Positions 12,310 through 26,400 of a stretch of DNA of 64,000 bases are shown one piece after another. The notes beneath the pieces are model-generated. The model saw only the letters and a program-made list of their open reading frames with translations. It searched no databases and was not told the DNA's origin. Each line of letters opens with the position of its first letter. The stretch's first letter is position 1. This DNA comes from Lingula anatina. Lineage: Eukaryota; Animalia; Brachiopoda. Location: assembly GCA_051362555.1 (NCBI GenBank), contig CM120649.1, positions 620,001 through 684,000 on the forward strand, given 5' to 3'. Both the position numbers and the translations under genes were made by a program.

Positions 12310-12600
12310 TAAGTCACAGATGACTCTGGTGGGCCTCCATCGGTGCCTGGTAACCTCTCTGACTTTTATATATTTTGAGAATGAGTGTTTCACCTAAACA
12401 GTATCCATAAACAATAATAACATTTCTGATCTTACTTTCTTCGTGGTTGTTGGTTCTCGTGTCCATCTTCCTTCTGTACACATTCCAGGTTATGGGAGGA
12501 AAAGTCCCTTCAATGTACATTGTTATGATGTAATGACAAAGTTACTCTATTGCCGGGAAGCGTCGAATGTAGCGGTGTGTCCTGCGGGCATTGCAGTGGT
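12310..12600 (-). mobile_element. Additional diverged single MULE transposase fragment
   Basis: YIEGTFPPITWNVYRRKMDTRTNNHEESKIRNVIIVYGYCLGE, homologous to the 207-bp unit and its flank. Confidence 0.7.
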
Positions 12601-15600
12601 GAACAACCAAAACCCAATTTCCACACAATTCAGTCTCTTGTTGAAACTTTTTAAAAGACACCAGCATTAGTCCTAAATCTGAAAGCTTACATTATAATTA
12701 TAGATGTTTTTACACTTGCTTTGTGTCATGACATTTTAGTGTGTAAACATTAAATAAATCTTATTCTCTTCTAAAACTTTCACAGGACATAATTTATATG
12801 CTGTGAGACATCTAATCATTGGTGTTTTAAGTAACATATAAGATAAAAGAAAATTTTACTACGTGACGCTAATGAAAATTAGACTTACCCCGTCTATATA
12901 ATATTTCCTCTTCTTCCGGTTCATCAAGTATCCGAACAAACTGCAATGTAAAAAAAAAAAAAAAAACCCCGTTATTGCTCTGTCTTACTCCGTGGGAGTA
13001 GTTATACTTATTTAACAATGCGGTATGCTGTGAGAATCGCTGGTCTTTTGAATAACATGTAATATTTTAAACTTGCCTTTGCCTTGTAGCTACCTTCGGA
13101 TAGGTTTTCCACAGTATCTTGTAAGTATAAAAACTTTAAAATAGAACCAGATCTAACTATTTGATATGCATGAACCTCTATAAACACACAAACGATAACT
13201 TAATATTTGGCCTTTAATAAAAGACAATGACATGATGTTATTCGTACCTTTATTTTTAAGACGACAAGTATGTCGCCAGTGTCCAGAAATATAAATAAGA
13301 ACAATTTTCCGCAGTGGCCGCATCTCTTGAGGATAACTCTCCCCATGGTGTGTGTTGCTCCCCCTTCTGAATACTGGACACTTAAATACAGTACAACCGA
13401 GGTTCCAAATGTGAATTTCGACTTAAAGAGAAGATATACAATATTCCTCTCAGTGCATGAATGCAGTGCACTTATTAATACATGTTGCAAGCCCTTACAA
13501 GTCAAATTAAAATCTAATTAAACTCTTCCACCAGATTTTTTTCCCAATACCTGATCTCTAGCTTATTCTAATGCCTTGACATTTGTTTTGCCAAACAAAT
13601 GGCAATTTCCGACAAACAATGAGGTCAGCTTGAGTGGGTGGCTGCTTTCACCCATAGACTACTTACTTCTTTTTACTCATTATGAAAAATTCAATCTGCA
13701 TTATAGAATTACGTTGAAACTTTTTAGAAAAAAGAGGGAAAGCAGTGTGTCCCGTCCATATTATACTACTGTTAAGGCCATTAGGATACTCCCCGTCTCT
13801 TGTATGATTAGCACGAGGAGTTTACCACAATGTCCGCAAGTTCTATCCACCAGTTTTGCCATGTCGGTCATTTGTTGCTCCCTTCTGAATATTGGGCTTT
13901 ATATACACTACAACCGAGGTCCCAATATGATTTGGACATTAATATCATATTAATAAAGTCATATAAGACACGGAGTATAACAATATCATTCGTTGCTCGC
14001 AACGCCTCACCAACGACTTTGATAAATAAAAAAGTAACCAACTAAAATTTCTTTCCAATGGTTTTTAATTAACTTTTTTAAAAAAATCGAGCTACAGGAG
14101 AGGTTTATTCTTCGTCTCTCTCTTCTGGCTCTGAAAAATAAAACATCTTAAAATCAATACGCTTATCTCCTTTTTTTATCTCGCGACAAGCAAAGCTCTG
14201 ATGTTTCAGTACACACCCTTCTCTGTAATACCTAAATTCACAGTAAACGTTCCATACACTTTATATTAACTTTCTGTGATACGCCGTAATAAAAGAAAAT
14301 TTTACTACGTGACTCTAATGAAAATAAGACTTACCCCGTCTATATAATATTTCCTCTTCATCTTCTTCTGATTCGTCTACTATACGTACAAACTGCAATG
14401 TAAAAAAAAAAATCGTACCCGTTATTGCTCTGTCGTACTCCGTGGGAGTAGTTATACTTATTTAACCAAATCGCCTTGTGTGTGTGTGTTCGCGACCCTT
14501 GTGGGTACAACGCGGTATGCTGTGAGAATCGCTGGTCTTTTAACTAAAATGTAATATTTTACACTTGCCTTTGCCTTGTAGGTACCCCCGTTTTCGGCGG
14601 ATAGGGTTTCCACACTATCCTGTAAGTATAAAAACTGCAAGTATGTCGCCAGTGTCCAGAAAAATGAAAAGAAACAATTTGCCGCAGTGGCCGCATGTTT
14701 TCAGAATAACCTTTGCCATGGTGTGTGTTGCTCCCCCTTCTGAATACTGGACATATATATATACAGTACCGCCGAGGTTCCAAACGTGAATTCCGAATTA
14801 AAGAGAGCATATACAATATTCCTCTTAGTGCATGAATGCAATGCACTTATCAATACATGGTACGGGCGCTTACAAATCAAATTAAAATCTAATTAAACCC
14901 TTCCACCTGACGTTTTTCCTTATACCTCATCTCTAGCTTATTCTAATGTCGTGACATTTGTTTTGTCAAACATATGGCAGTTTCCGACATACAAACAACC
15001 GCACCTGAGAGCTATTACTTAATTTGGTCCTGGTGGATCTTTGTCATTGATGTCATAGTAGTGCTAGCTTGTGTTGTTGAAATATTCCTGTTAACAAAAG
15101 TATATTATCGTATATCACCACAAAGTTGGCTCTATGACATGCATTGCCAGCACAGTCAAATTGCTTTTTTTTTTTTTTTTTTAACATGTTTTCCAGAAGC
15201 AAGCAATTTTGATCATTTCTTATGGATTCTGCAACACAGCATTATTCATCTAGCACATTATATTGAGTCAACATTGTTTATTGATGTACCATATTCCTTA
15301 CTTTGGATTTTGCAACACGCACATGCAGATGGTTTTGTACGTGTCACACTGTTTCCATTTTCAGCTGTGTACTTCTCAATTTGGGCTTCATTTCTGGAGT
15401 GTGATTCTTTCCTATGTTTATCATATTAAATGATATGTAATATTGTGTTAAAAATAAAATGTCTTTTAAAACTAATAGTTTTTTGCAGTAGTTACGAATT
15501 GAATGATTTCTTAAATGTTACATTTTATTAATTCATTTTGCTTCTGAATTTTGAACATAATTTCAATATCTTTGCATGATTATGAAGAAAAATTGCCATA

Positions 15601-16065
15601 AAATTCAAAAGCTTTTATGTTTTTTTTTTAAATTTCAATATCTTTGCATGATTATGAAGATCCACCCGTTCAAAAAAATGTGGCATTGGTTGTACTGCAG
15701 TAGTGGATAACTCAATTGACAACTTTCGATAACATCCAAGGCCAAACCACTTATGTTAAATTTTTTGTAGTTTTGTAGTATACTTGTAGTGAGTTATTTA
15801 TTTAATTATATTTTTGTAAACGTGAATAAATACCAGTCGAAAATTGAGAGACTTGTTATTTGTTTTAATTACATGGGAAAAACTGGTAGGTTCTTTCTAA
15901 GACCTGTATATTTTGATGCAATTTTTCAAAAGACATACATTAACCCGAGTGCACATTTCCCAAGGTTTTTAAGTGGAAAAATCTTCCATAAATTAAAACC
16001 TAAATGATTAACAAACAAGCTGTACAAGTGAAAACTGAGCTACATTCTTCTGTCACGTTGTTTAA

Positions 16066-16279
16066 GACCCCATTCCCAGAGATTAGATCGATCCAAACTG
16101 GAACAACCTAACTCCCTGGGGGTTCACGCTAAATAGCTGTCAGCCGAGCGGGCACGAAAGTTAATTACCCCCTTACAGCTTGTAGTAGGCGGAACGGACA
16201 TTTAAGCCGGATTATCTGACAGTAATCTAGTGAGACTCCCCGCGGGGATAGATCGACCTAAATGTCTGGGAATACGCCC
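16066..16279. mobile_element. PIF/Harbinger-type MITE, family A copy 1
   Basis: Imperfect TIRs GACCCCATTCCCAGA...TCTGGGAATACGCCC with TAA target-site duplication (16063-65 and 16280-82). Confidence 0.8.
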
Positions 16280-16895
16280 TAACACTGCAGTCTGCTGGTT
16301 TGTAATTGTTGCACCACACTAAAATAGATTTAGACATCTAATAGTACTGCCAGACAGAAGAAAATGAAAAAAAACAAAAAATCATAAATTGGTATAATTT
16401 ATTACAGCTCATAAATTTTTAAATTTTATTAAAATATTGCTTTACATTAAACAATAAAATTGAAGAAAAATATTCAATTACTTTAAGATGTATGAATTGA
16501 TTCGTTGTTTTCTCTCTAATATTATCAAAATGTATGTACATGTTCTGTAATCAGTCAAGTATTGTCCAGATTTCAACGCATTTACGCGTATTTATTAAGC
16601 GTTGTAAGCAGAGAAGACATCTTGAAGAGAGGGGGAGGGCAGCTGTCGATGGCCTACAGTTCATGCAGGGAGGTTATTCGTACCACCCATTATATTTGGC
16701 TAGACGTTTACTGAGGCATAACTAAGCCCCCTTTGAATGTGAGAAAGGAAAGGATTCCATTTTCACCCCCTTACAGTCCTGGTATTCTAATCAGTTGTAC
16801 AAATGAAAATTCCACATTATCATTATTATAAGCACCTGGAAAACATTCCTGGGATCATATAAAAAAAATCCACGGTCACCTCCTTTGGGCAATAA

Positions 16896-19800
16896 TCAAT
16901 CAGCTACTTGTGCATGTACGCGAAAAACTAACAACTGATTGGTGAAATCGGTCTGAGACTCGAAAGCTCCGACAACAAATAACAGCTGACCATCATCAGA
17001 GAACCGTAAGTGTGTTATTTCCAGGTCTGTGAGGGGAAGAGTCACGCTGCTGTCTTTGTTGATGGAGGACTGGCAGGTCCAGAGCGACAGTGTGTGATCG
17101 TTACTCCAACACGCTACAAGATCTCCGTTCTTTGACAAGGCCAACAGCTTCACCTGGCACAACCAAAGAGAAATACAGGTATGTAAAAATTACGTCACAG
17201 CTGTCTGTAGTGCCAACCTCCCGCATATTTTCTTTCATTTGCGTATTGTCAGAAGCGTAAATTCATACACAACTCACATTCTGGGCGATAGATTTCAGCA
17301 GACTTCAAGTGTAGTGAATTTGCCATACACAAGATGAAACTTCAACAATCACTCTATCGAGTTTAAAACTCTAAAAAATATATCTTTAAATAAATAAATA
17401 ATAATAATAATAAAATTCACAGGTTAGGACTTGTACTTACCTGGGCCTTTGTCGGTTTACACAGCTTCTCCACTATCAATGATGGTGTGTCGTTTACAGT
17501 ATGGATCAAAATGTGTCCTGATTTATACCCAAAAGCAAAACATCCCTTCTCACTGACTTTGGAAATACACGATGGTTTGGTTATGTCAGACAGCTGGGTG
17601 TCACTTTCTGCTAACATCCCTTTGTCTTTCGCCGTGATGCTCTTAACGTACTTTGAAGTCTTCTCAGTGGGATCAATCAAACAGATTCCCTTTGAAGTAG
17701 GTACGAGTGCCTGGAACTTGTTGAGTAACTCACCACTGTGCCCTTGCACCACCTCCTTGCCGACCTCACAGGTGTGCACGACCTCATCTGGATCTTTTCG
17801 ATCGAACATATAGTATGTATATTCTGTATGTGACGATGGCGATGGATGGCATGTCTCTTCTTCATAATCGGTAGCCTCCATGACTGACTCGTATCCAGAT
17901 GTGCTCAAGTCTTCGAATTCCACCAGGCTCTCGTCCACATCTTGTACAAGATCTAAGTCCGATTGGATTTGAAAAATGACTTGGGTGCCGTTTGAATATA
18001 TGGAAAATGGGGACGGCATCCTTTCTTCTTGAATATCAATCTCCCACTCTTTTTGTTTTGTCGCCATATTCCAAGATTTTAATTGTTTACAGATCCCGTT
18101 ATTAACAGTACAGAAGACAGCCTTGGTTGAGCTTTTAACTAAACAATACGTCTCTGGCAACTCTCCGTTGTCAAAGTCAAAGTCATAGACTGGGTTGTCT
18201 TGCATAGAGTCACCCTCTAAAGACAGCAAATAAACACACACGTTCCTCTGAAAGACAAACAGATGTGAGTCATTGCACACAAAATGGACCCCATCTACAA
18301 CATGACGCCGTGGCATGTCGTCAACTTTGACACCCGTTGTCAGGTCTACAACTTGAAGGGGAGAGGAGATGTAACCCAAGGCTAACAAACTGCCATTACT
18401 TGTCACATCAAACGCCTGAAGATCCCGAATACACAACGAGGAGGACTGATTTAGTGAAGCTCCTGATTTCGTTCTTTTAATCTCTGATATGGCATTTAGC
18501 TGTTGGTTGACTTCGCGCATTTCATGAAGGAATAAGAAGGGATGTAATGGCTCAAGCATCAGTGTTTTTGATTCTTTTATCCAATTTCGCAGTTGCTGTA
18601 TAAACTGTGATTCCAAAGATGGCTTCCCCTCACTATTTGGCTTTCCTCCGGTAAACGCCGCAAGGAGGTAAAAAGGGAAAAGGGACACATTTCCTATCCT
18701 CTCGCTGGCACAGTTAACAGCGTCAAATGCATTCTGAAGCTCTTCATCTGAAGTTTGATCTACGGCCGCCTGTAAGGCATCAATGACAGACGCAATCCCT
18801 AGTACGTCAAGGGCCATCATTAAAAACTCAAGATTGAACCAGCAATGGCGTTTGAGACCGTCAATGTCACCTGCATTAAGCAAATGGTGCGGCCAGCAAT
18901 CTAACTTCCTAAAGTTCGTCCTTGAGAGGGGCTGCAAAGTGACCTTTCTGTCGACATCGGGTAAAACAATGACCTTCCTTTCGTTTCTAAGACGTATTCG
19001 TAAAGATTTCACAATAGGCTGTTCAGTAGAGACGATCTCCGCCATGTTCTTGTGCAGACGTCTCATGTCACTTTCACCGACATATCTCCTGTAAGCTGCA
19101 TCTCTGTACTGCTGATGGCACCAGTCTATCGTCACAAGTCCATGTGACTGTCTCTCCTCAAGAAAATCACGCATTTCATGGCGTAGCCTTGCCCAAATGA
19201 GCGGCGGCATACGAATAAAGTCGGATGCAGGAGGCTTGTGGTAAACATAGGCTTCTTTTAAAACCTCGTTGTCGCATGACAGGACGTCCTCAAGCTCGTT
19301 CTCCGTGACGCCATTCAGTCCAATGGTTATGTACCCCAGAATGTTCTGCACAATTATCTTCTTAAATTTTGCTTCCAACTGATCAAATTGCCGATTGATG
19401 GCCGCTTGGACCGTGGTAGACATAGAGGACTGGATTGTACACGATTCTGTGTAGGATCGCCACATCAGTGCTTCTTCTATTAACAGCTTCAAGAAAAGTG
19501 GTGTTCGGGTTTCCCCCTGCGCAAAATGTTCCAAAACACACCCTTTTTGTTGTTCTGTCAGCGTCCTTTTGTAATGTTTAAGGTTGGCCTCTAAAATGTC
19601 ATCTGCAGTGGCCTGTGATATCCATCCTAGCTGGATAAACCCCTTGTCGTCCCCTCGAAGCTTCTGAAGAGTTTTGACAATGTCGTGTTTGTAGTTTGAA
19701 GACACTATCAAGTGCACGTTTAGTGGAAGCTCCGTCATTACGCCTGGTAACCACTGCATTTCATATGCGTTCTCCGCCGGGTGGAGTTGATTCAATGCGT

Positions 19801-21207
19801 CGAGTATTACAACAATCGGCTGGTTGTGTTTCCGTGCACAGTTCCGAAGAAACAGAGGACCATTACGTATGAGACGTTTTGTATTTGCAAAGAATTCAGG
19901 GGAATGCAACATCTTAAACGCAGCGTCTATTTGATAATAGACACTAGACAAAAGGCCATAGACAGTTGACGTCCCCAGGGAGGCCCCGACGAATCGTATC
20001 ACCTTGAGACAAACCGGGGCTGACAGCCATTCCGGGATCGTTTGGACAAGTTGAGTCATCACTGCCGTCTTGCCATAGCCAGATTCTCCATGGAGAACAA
20101 TGGGTCGTCTGAACTGAGGTGACAGTATCAGGTCTCGTATCTTCTCTAGAACTCGCTCCCGGCCGCAGAACGTGCCCGTATGCGCCATATAAATGTGATG
20201 ATGATACAAAACCTCAGAGCGTAATTTCCAGTACGCGGTCTTCTCGTTGTTCGTCTTTTCTTGATGGGCCACATTTATCAATCCTTCCATATCAGCAGTG
20301 ATCTGCTTTGTCAGTTTATCAATGTACTCAGCGTGATTGAGTTGGGTGTTAGGATCAATTCCCCTTGGAAACCACACAACAGTTTGAGATGAATATTTAA
20401 TTTTCAACTTCTTGCGAAGTTTTCTTTTTAGATCCTGTAGAAGTGAAACTGCCTCGTGATCGACGACGACTTTATCTCCGTGTCTGCGAGTGTCCACGTA
20501 GATTCTGGTGGAAGGATCTTGGGCACCAAACTGAAATTTGTCAATGTTGGGTATCTCTCTTGCGTAGCACAGAGAACGTCTATTTACTTCTTTGGCTTTA
20601 AATATTCCTCTTTCAATTTCTCCTGCAGTAACTGAAAAAGAAAAGCACTGTTGGTGGTTTTGATAGCTTGCAGTAATACAACGCAGGATTATTAATGTTT
20701 TTACACAGTTTTTAATCTAAAATCAGACCTGTTTATTCTGCCAAACTCAAATTAAAATTGGAGTTGCGTTTATCGGGAACTGAATAATTATTCTGTTCTT
20801 TTCATTGGTAACAAAAAAGAAATCTTCTGGATCATTTCAATTATACGCACTAGCTATTTATCACAAATGCTTCAAAACATCAACAGTGAAGCAATCTTAA
20901 CGAGTCCAATACGCCTCAAAGATTCGGCAACACGAGTCATGTGACATATTGCGATATGAAATTAAACGAGGTCACCCGGTCAGATTCTCTGATGTATGGC
21001 AAACACGCACCTGATACGAAATAGTTGTTCCGCCTTTCTTCGCTGATCAGTTTCTTCTTGACGGCGTGGTCCACCGCGTATCTCAATATATGCTGCAATG
21101 TGGTGAATATTTTGACCCATTTTGCATGAGCCTCCTTGGCCAACTTTTCCTGCTCTGGATCGGTGTTGCCGAAGTGAGGAATCTTCGAATTTATCGGCTA
21201 TAATAAT

Positions 21208-21249
<42 letters not shown>

Positions 21250-23352
21250 ATAAAATGATAGCGTAAAGTAATCATTTTATAAACTGAAGAATGCAGTGAT
21301 TAAATAAGACACTCCAAGTCACACTCGATGACGATATTTCTAAATGAAAAAAGCTAGATTTCATATCAATTAGCATTTTAAATATGGACGTCTACTCACT
21401 TGTAGCACGTACACTGGAGGCAGCGCGTTGTAATCGGCCAGAAACCATTCAGTCAATAGATGGCGCTCCAGAATGTTGCGCTCTTCTGCCATGGACATTA
21501 TGACGTCAAACTCCTTGATGGGTATTTCTACGGGAAATGGGCGGTACCCATAGCGGTTTCCCACTAACGCCTGAACAACAGTGAAATTGTCATTAATATG
21601 GTTGCACGTGACTCATGAAGAAAAATTGTAGTTTATCTTTCACACTGGCTTTTGTGGTACGCAGCTAGGCCTTTAATTAAAAAAAAAAAACGGTCAGTTT
21701 ATTGATTAAAGCTTAGTAACTAAGGTTACTAAGGGTGTGTTCACCATGAACCCTTAGGTAGACCGATTAAAATCCTCGGGAACTCTTGCTGAATTCAATC
21801 AGATTAACAGAGTAACAAGCTTCCCCTTGTTTTATCATGTTATAATCAACAGCTTTTCTGTGTTTTACTCAACAGCTAGAGGCGGCGTGTTAATCTGTCA
21901 ACATGGCACCTAGCGAGAGTCCCCTCCGAGTTTGACCGATCTACATAGCACGAGATGAGCTCCAAGACTCCGTTTGACAACGGTTTATTAAACATAGAAC
22001 CTACAAAAGACCGCTTATCTCTTTTAATGTTTGAAAAATTGGCATCTAGCGAGAAATCTGGTGCTGATATAATTCAAAAATTAATCATCAAAACTAAACT
22101 GAAACTCGGTAATTGATTTTAAAAAGGAGTGGCCCTAACGCAACTTGTACTTTACATACTACAAAATTGGGTCCTGCTGAGATGCGCTGACACTTCAGAA
22201 TCTCCTCTTGACATAATCTCTCAGTCGTGTGCTCATTGGTTGCATCGTCGCCCACGCCCCAGCGCATATCAGCCACTTGGAAGTCAAAACCGAGTTTGCT
22301 GCTGTACTGCTTTAAATGCGGAAACACGTCACGGGTCAGCGTGTTACGCTCTAAAGTCATATCTGTAATAAAAAATTCAAAAGCTGTTGAACAAGCGATT
22401 TTAAAAATGTTGCCATGCAAGGTATTAAAATCTTCGTTTTGCTCTAGTGTCACTTAGTTCCCACTGCATATCATTAAATGGCATAGAGAAAGAAATGGTG
22501 ACAACTTTAGTCGTTTATGTTTGTAAAAATGTTTTGCGGATTTTTTATTTATCTTGAGGCCGATTTCACGATTGACAATAATGGCCAACCACATGCGACG
22601 TGGAACAATAAATCATCCCAATGTATTATGTAAAGTTAAAAATAATTTCAAAAATTACATTATTTTAAATTAAAACCAGTGCAACGTCCAAGCAAACACG
22701 AGTGGAAAATTACAAGTTCACTTACAGCTGACCCAAGTTTTGCTTTGACGGCGTCTCATCCGAGTCCTTTTGATCCAAAACTGAGCTATCATTTTATAAC
22801 CGGTTTTCATTGGATAACAACGCGTTATGGGCGTGGTCTGACTCGAGGGGAGGATATCTTGGGCTTAATGAGCATTAGATGTATTCACCTTTGAATGTTG
22901 AACTCAAGAATACTCTGATGACAGAAGAAGGAACAGGCGGCAACTCAGAAAGATCACCGTGAAGTATCGCCATTGTTTGTCTTATGTTAATATCCCAAGG
23001 CTCTGGCGAAGCTAACCAACGGAAGACAACATAACGAACATGTAAATAAGATAAAACAGTATGTAATATTAAAGAGTCATAAATTAAATCAAAGTATATA
23101 ACGGGTTTTCTGTTGATTTTCTCCTTCCTGCTTTAGCTCTACTGTGTTAGCATCTTAGACCAACATCCAGTGTTTATGAAATAAACAGCCATTTTTTTAA
23201 ATTTCAGACCTGGCAATATGATGTACTTAAAATATAAAAACATATTTGATATCACTGTTATGATAAGGATCGTTTACATTGAGGCGGATCTAGAGCTATT
23301 TTCTGTCAGTCTTCCAAATTATCTTTGTAGATCCAATTTCCAGTTTCCAGTT

Positions 23353-23404
<52 letters not shown>

Positions 23405-26400
23405 GATACCCTCCAGTGTAAACTTTAAAATCTGTCCGTCTTCCGGAAGACCCAGAAGACAGCCTCAATCCGCCCCTGGTTTAATTTAAAGGCAGTACCT
23501 GACATCCTCCCATTAAGGCGTCCGCTTGATGAAGACGGTCTACCGGTACCTGGGACAAGTAGTGATGCGCTTGTGGGACGTTCACTAGATAATACAAAAA
23601 TAAAACAAGCAAAGATTACACCTAGTTGGAAGTTAAGCCAGCATTTATATCTTGAATGGTCCCATAGTTCTCACAGCTTCTCATCGTGCGAGTAGTAATT
23701 ATTAATAGTATTTTCGGCTCAAAATGTAATATGTCAACACTAGACGACAATACAACAGACAGTCTGTTTCCAAAAAGAAGTTCTAGATTTTAAAATTTGC
23801 CTTCTATTTATTACACTCGATATATATATATATATATATGGGTTATGAACCACATTTATGCAATATTTTACATATATGAAATATTTTATATTGCGTCTAA
23901 AGAATGAAAGAACTTGCTTACTAGTAGGTTTGAAATCGTACTATCCGTCACTTCAAGTACCTGTATATTGTTCATATAAAAGCCAAGAGCATATTTTAGG
24001 TCAAAAAGTATTCTGCAATACCCGCCAACTCCTTGCCTCCAGCGATATAAGGCCAACAGACTGAATTAATACTGTATATCAAACCACCTCCACCTACTAT
24101 GCGACAGTGCTACCCCCTATTGACTACTTACATACCTGCTTACGTCACTGGGCACGCTGAGCGCCATCTGTTGACGAGATCCCGGGGAAAGTGACGTCAC
24201 GTTTCCACTTTGTGCATTTAAACTCTGAAAAAAAAATTAATCAGACTCCCAAATTTGCCTAGGAAAGAAGAAATGACAAGCTTTATTTTAATAAAATAAA
24301 TTAAAATTAACACAATAGAACTTACAGCTGAAATGACTTGAGTTTATAAAATGCTAGACGACGAAGAGATATATTACTTATAGGCCCGCTTAGCTGGACT
24401 GCAGGTTAATATAAGATGGATTTTGAAATCGATTATAATTGAAGAAAATCCCCCCTCCCTTTGCGATTGCTACGTCGACCAATGAGTTTCTTCGTGTACT
24501 CTCCATTGTTAACAATGCAAATCAGACTTTTATATAGCAACAGAAAATGAATTCTCAGCAATTCACTCATCGTCACAGCTTTAGGTATTCCCTATACACA
24601 ACTGCTTTAGAAAATACTTAAGAAATTCACCATCACTCGTGGGGGGGAAATGACCAGTATGTGTCTCCATTACAATAATATTCACAGGGTTTGAAAGGCC
24701 ACCTAGACTTAAATATATATAACTCAAGTACCTGTCCGAAACCTGACGACATCGATTTAGAGTACCCTCCTGTGTGGGCTCCCGTGGATCCCTCTGAAAT
24801 GATACCTAATCATCTTAAAACCGGCGCACACACCTAAGACACGCTGAGCTACCCTCTAATTATTTTAGCAATACAGCTATTTCAGGCCCGTAGCCAGGGG
24901 GGGGGGGGGGGGGGTTCGGGGGGTTCGAAAGAACCGCCCCTTTTGCTGGGAAAAGGTCCACTCTGGGTAAAATTTGATCAAGGTACAAGAAGTTTTTATG
25001 GGAAAAGGTCCACTTTTTCAGAAAAAGAACCCCCCTTTTGATATTGCTGGCTACGGGCCTGTATTTAAAATCGTTAAAAAAAAACTCATTAGTATTTAGA
25101 GGACCAATCGTCACCTCCATTTAGCCTTTGTCATGGTTCGTTTCCAAAGGAAATATCAGTAAGTAATTATTTCACATAATGTTTTTTATTCTTATGGACA
25201 TTCACAGAAAGAAATTTGTGAAAAAAAATCCGTATAGTTTATACCTGAGAATTTTCTTCTCGGAGAGGACAGTGAGCCTGAATTATCTGTGTCTGTTACT
25301 ATAATGCTACCAGTATCACTTCTTGTGCGACTAACAGACTTTGGACGACATCTGAAATAAATAAATAAACAAATAAAAACAAATAAATAATAATATAAAT
25401 AAATAAGCAATGCTGATTTTAAGCAAAATCGTACTCGGATTTATGAAGGTTTTTATTACGTCACCAGTTGTCTAAACTAAACAGATCTTCCGGTGCACGT
25501 GATACAGATTGGAGTAACGAACTCAGCCGAGTTTTCCCGAATGGGGGCCTACCTATCTGTTGTGGTTGGGACGGGTCCTGATGGACTGGTGGCGAAAGGA
25601 AATGGGGAAGCTCCGTCCTGGGACTGCAATAGATAAGTACACAACGTATTAAAGAGTTTTTATGAACTATACAGATTGCTCTGCAGATAAAAAAGAAAAA
25701 CTGGTGACATAGGGCGCATTCCCATAGATTTTAGATCGATCTATCCCCCTGGGGGGTCTCACTAGATTACTGTCAGATAACCCGGCTTAAATGCCCGTCC
25801 CGCCTACTACAAGCTGTAAGGGGGTAATTAACTTTCGTGCCCGCTCGACTGACAGCTATTAAGCGTGAACCCCCAGGGAGTTAGGTCGATCTAGTTGTAT
25901 CGATCTAATATCTGGGAATTGGGTCATAAAATAGACGATTTTGCTTCTGCGCGCTCTATATAGGCCTATACGCCACTTCATAATATCACTTCGCAAATAT
26001 TGAGATTCGTGTAGAAATATAACTGCATATTCTAAATTTTCACCTTAATGATAAAAAATCCCATTAGTAAAACGAAATAGGTGACACGGTAAAAAAAAAA
26101 TCTCGTTTCCATCCCACACCGCAACCCCTCTGTTGACTTCAACAAGATCATCGTACATATAGTTCTGCAGTCGTGCAACCAGTATCCACAAGATCAGGCC
26201 TACCCAACTACCAGACTCGGCACCTACGGATCCAGAATAAACCGGTATATCAGACCACACTACCCGTTCTCAAGGTGTGTGTCAGATCGCATTACAGAGT
26301 ATCATACCCCATCACAAATTTTGTAAGCCTACCTGTCATCCGGGTATCGCGCCTCGTTTTCGTCAAGTAGGAGTCGTATGAATACAACAACATGGAAATC

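Larger units (their letters stand above)
10810..14990 (-). repeat. Triplicated decayed module of unknown origin (copies ~10810-11250, ~12680-13560, ~14290-14990)
   Basis: Three related segments encode GGATH(T/I)MG(K/R)VILKRCGHC(D/G)KLFLFIFLDTGDILV and (L)QD.VETL...GG.Y.AKA.VK.Y. 12850-13560 and 14290-14990 align over ~700 bp. Confidence 0.75.

Noticed and set aside
17417-20497. 1026-aa ORF as a stand-alone intronless gene
   Set aside because: It starts at GTG inside a longer exon bounded by splice sites (20631-17441), and the conserved N-terminal motifs lie in upstream exons.
23353-23400. Poly-A tract as the tail of a retrocopy
   Set aside because: It lies inside a MITE whose other copy (54537-54704) has a short A run at the same place, so it is a slippage expansion.
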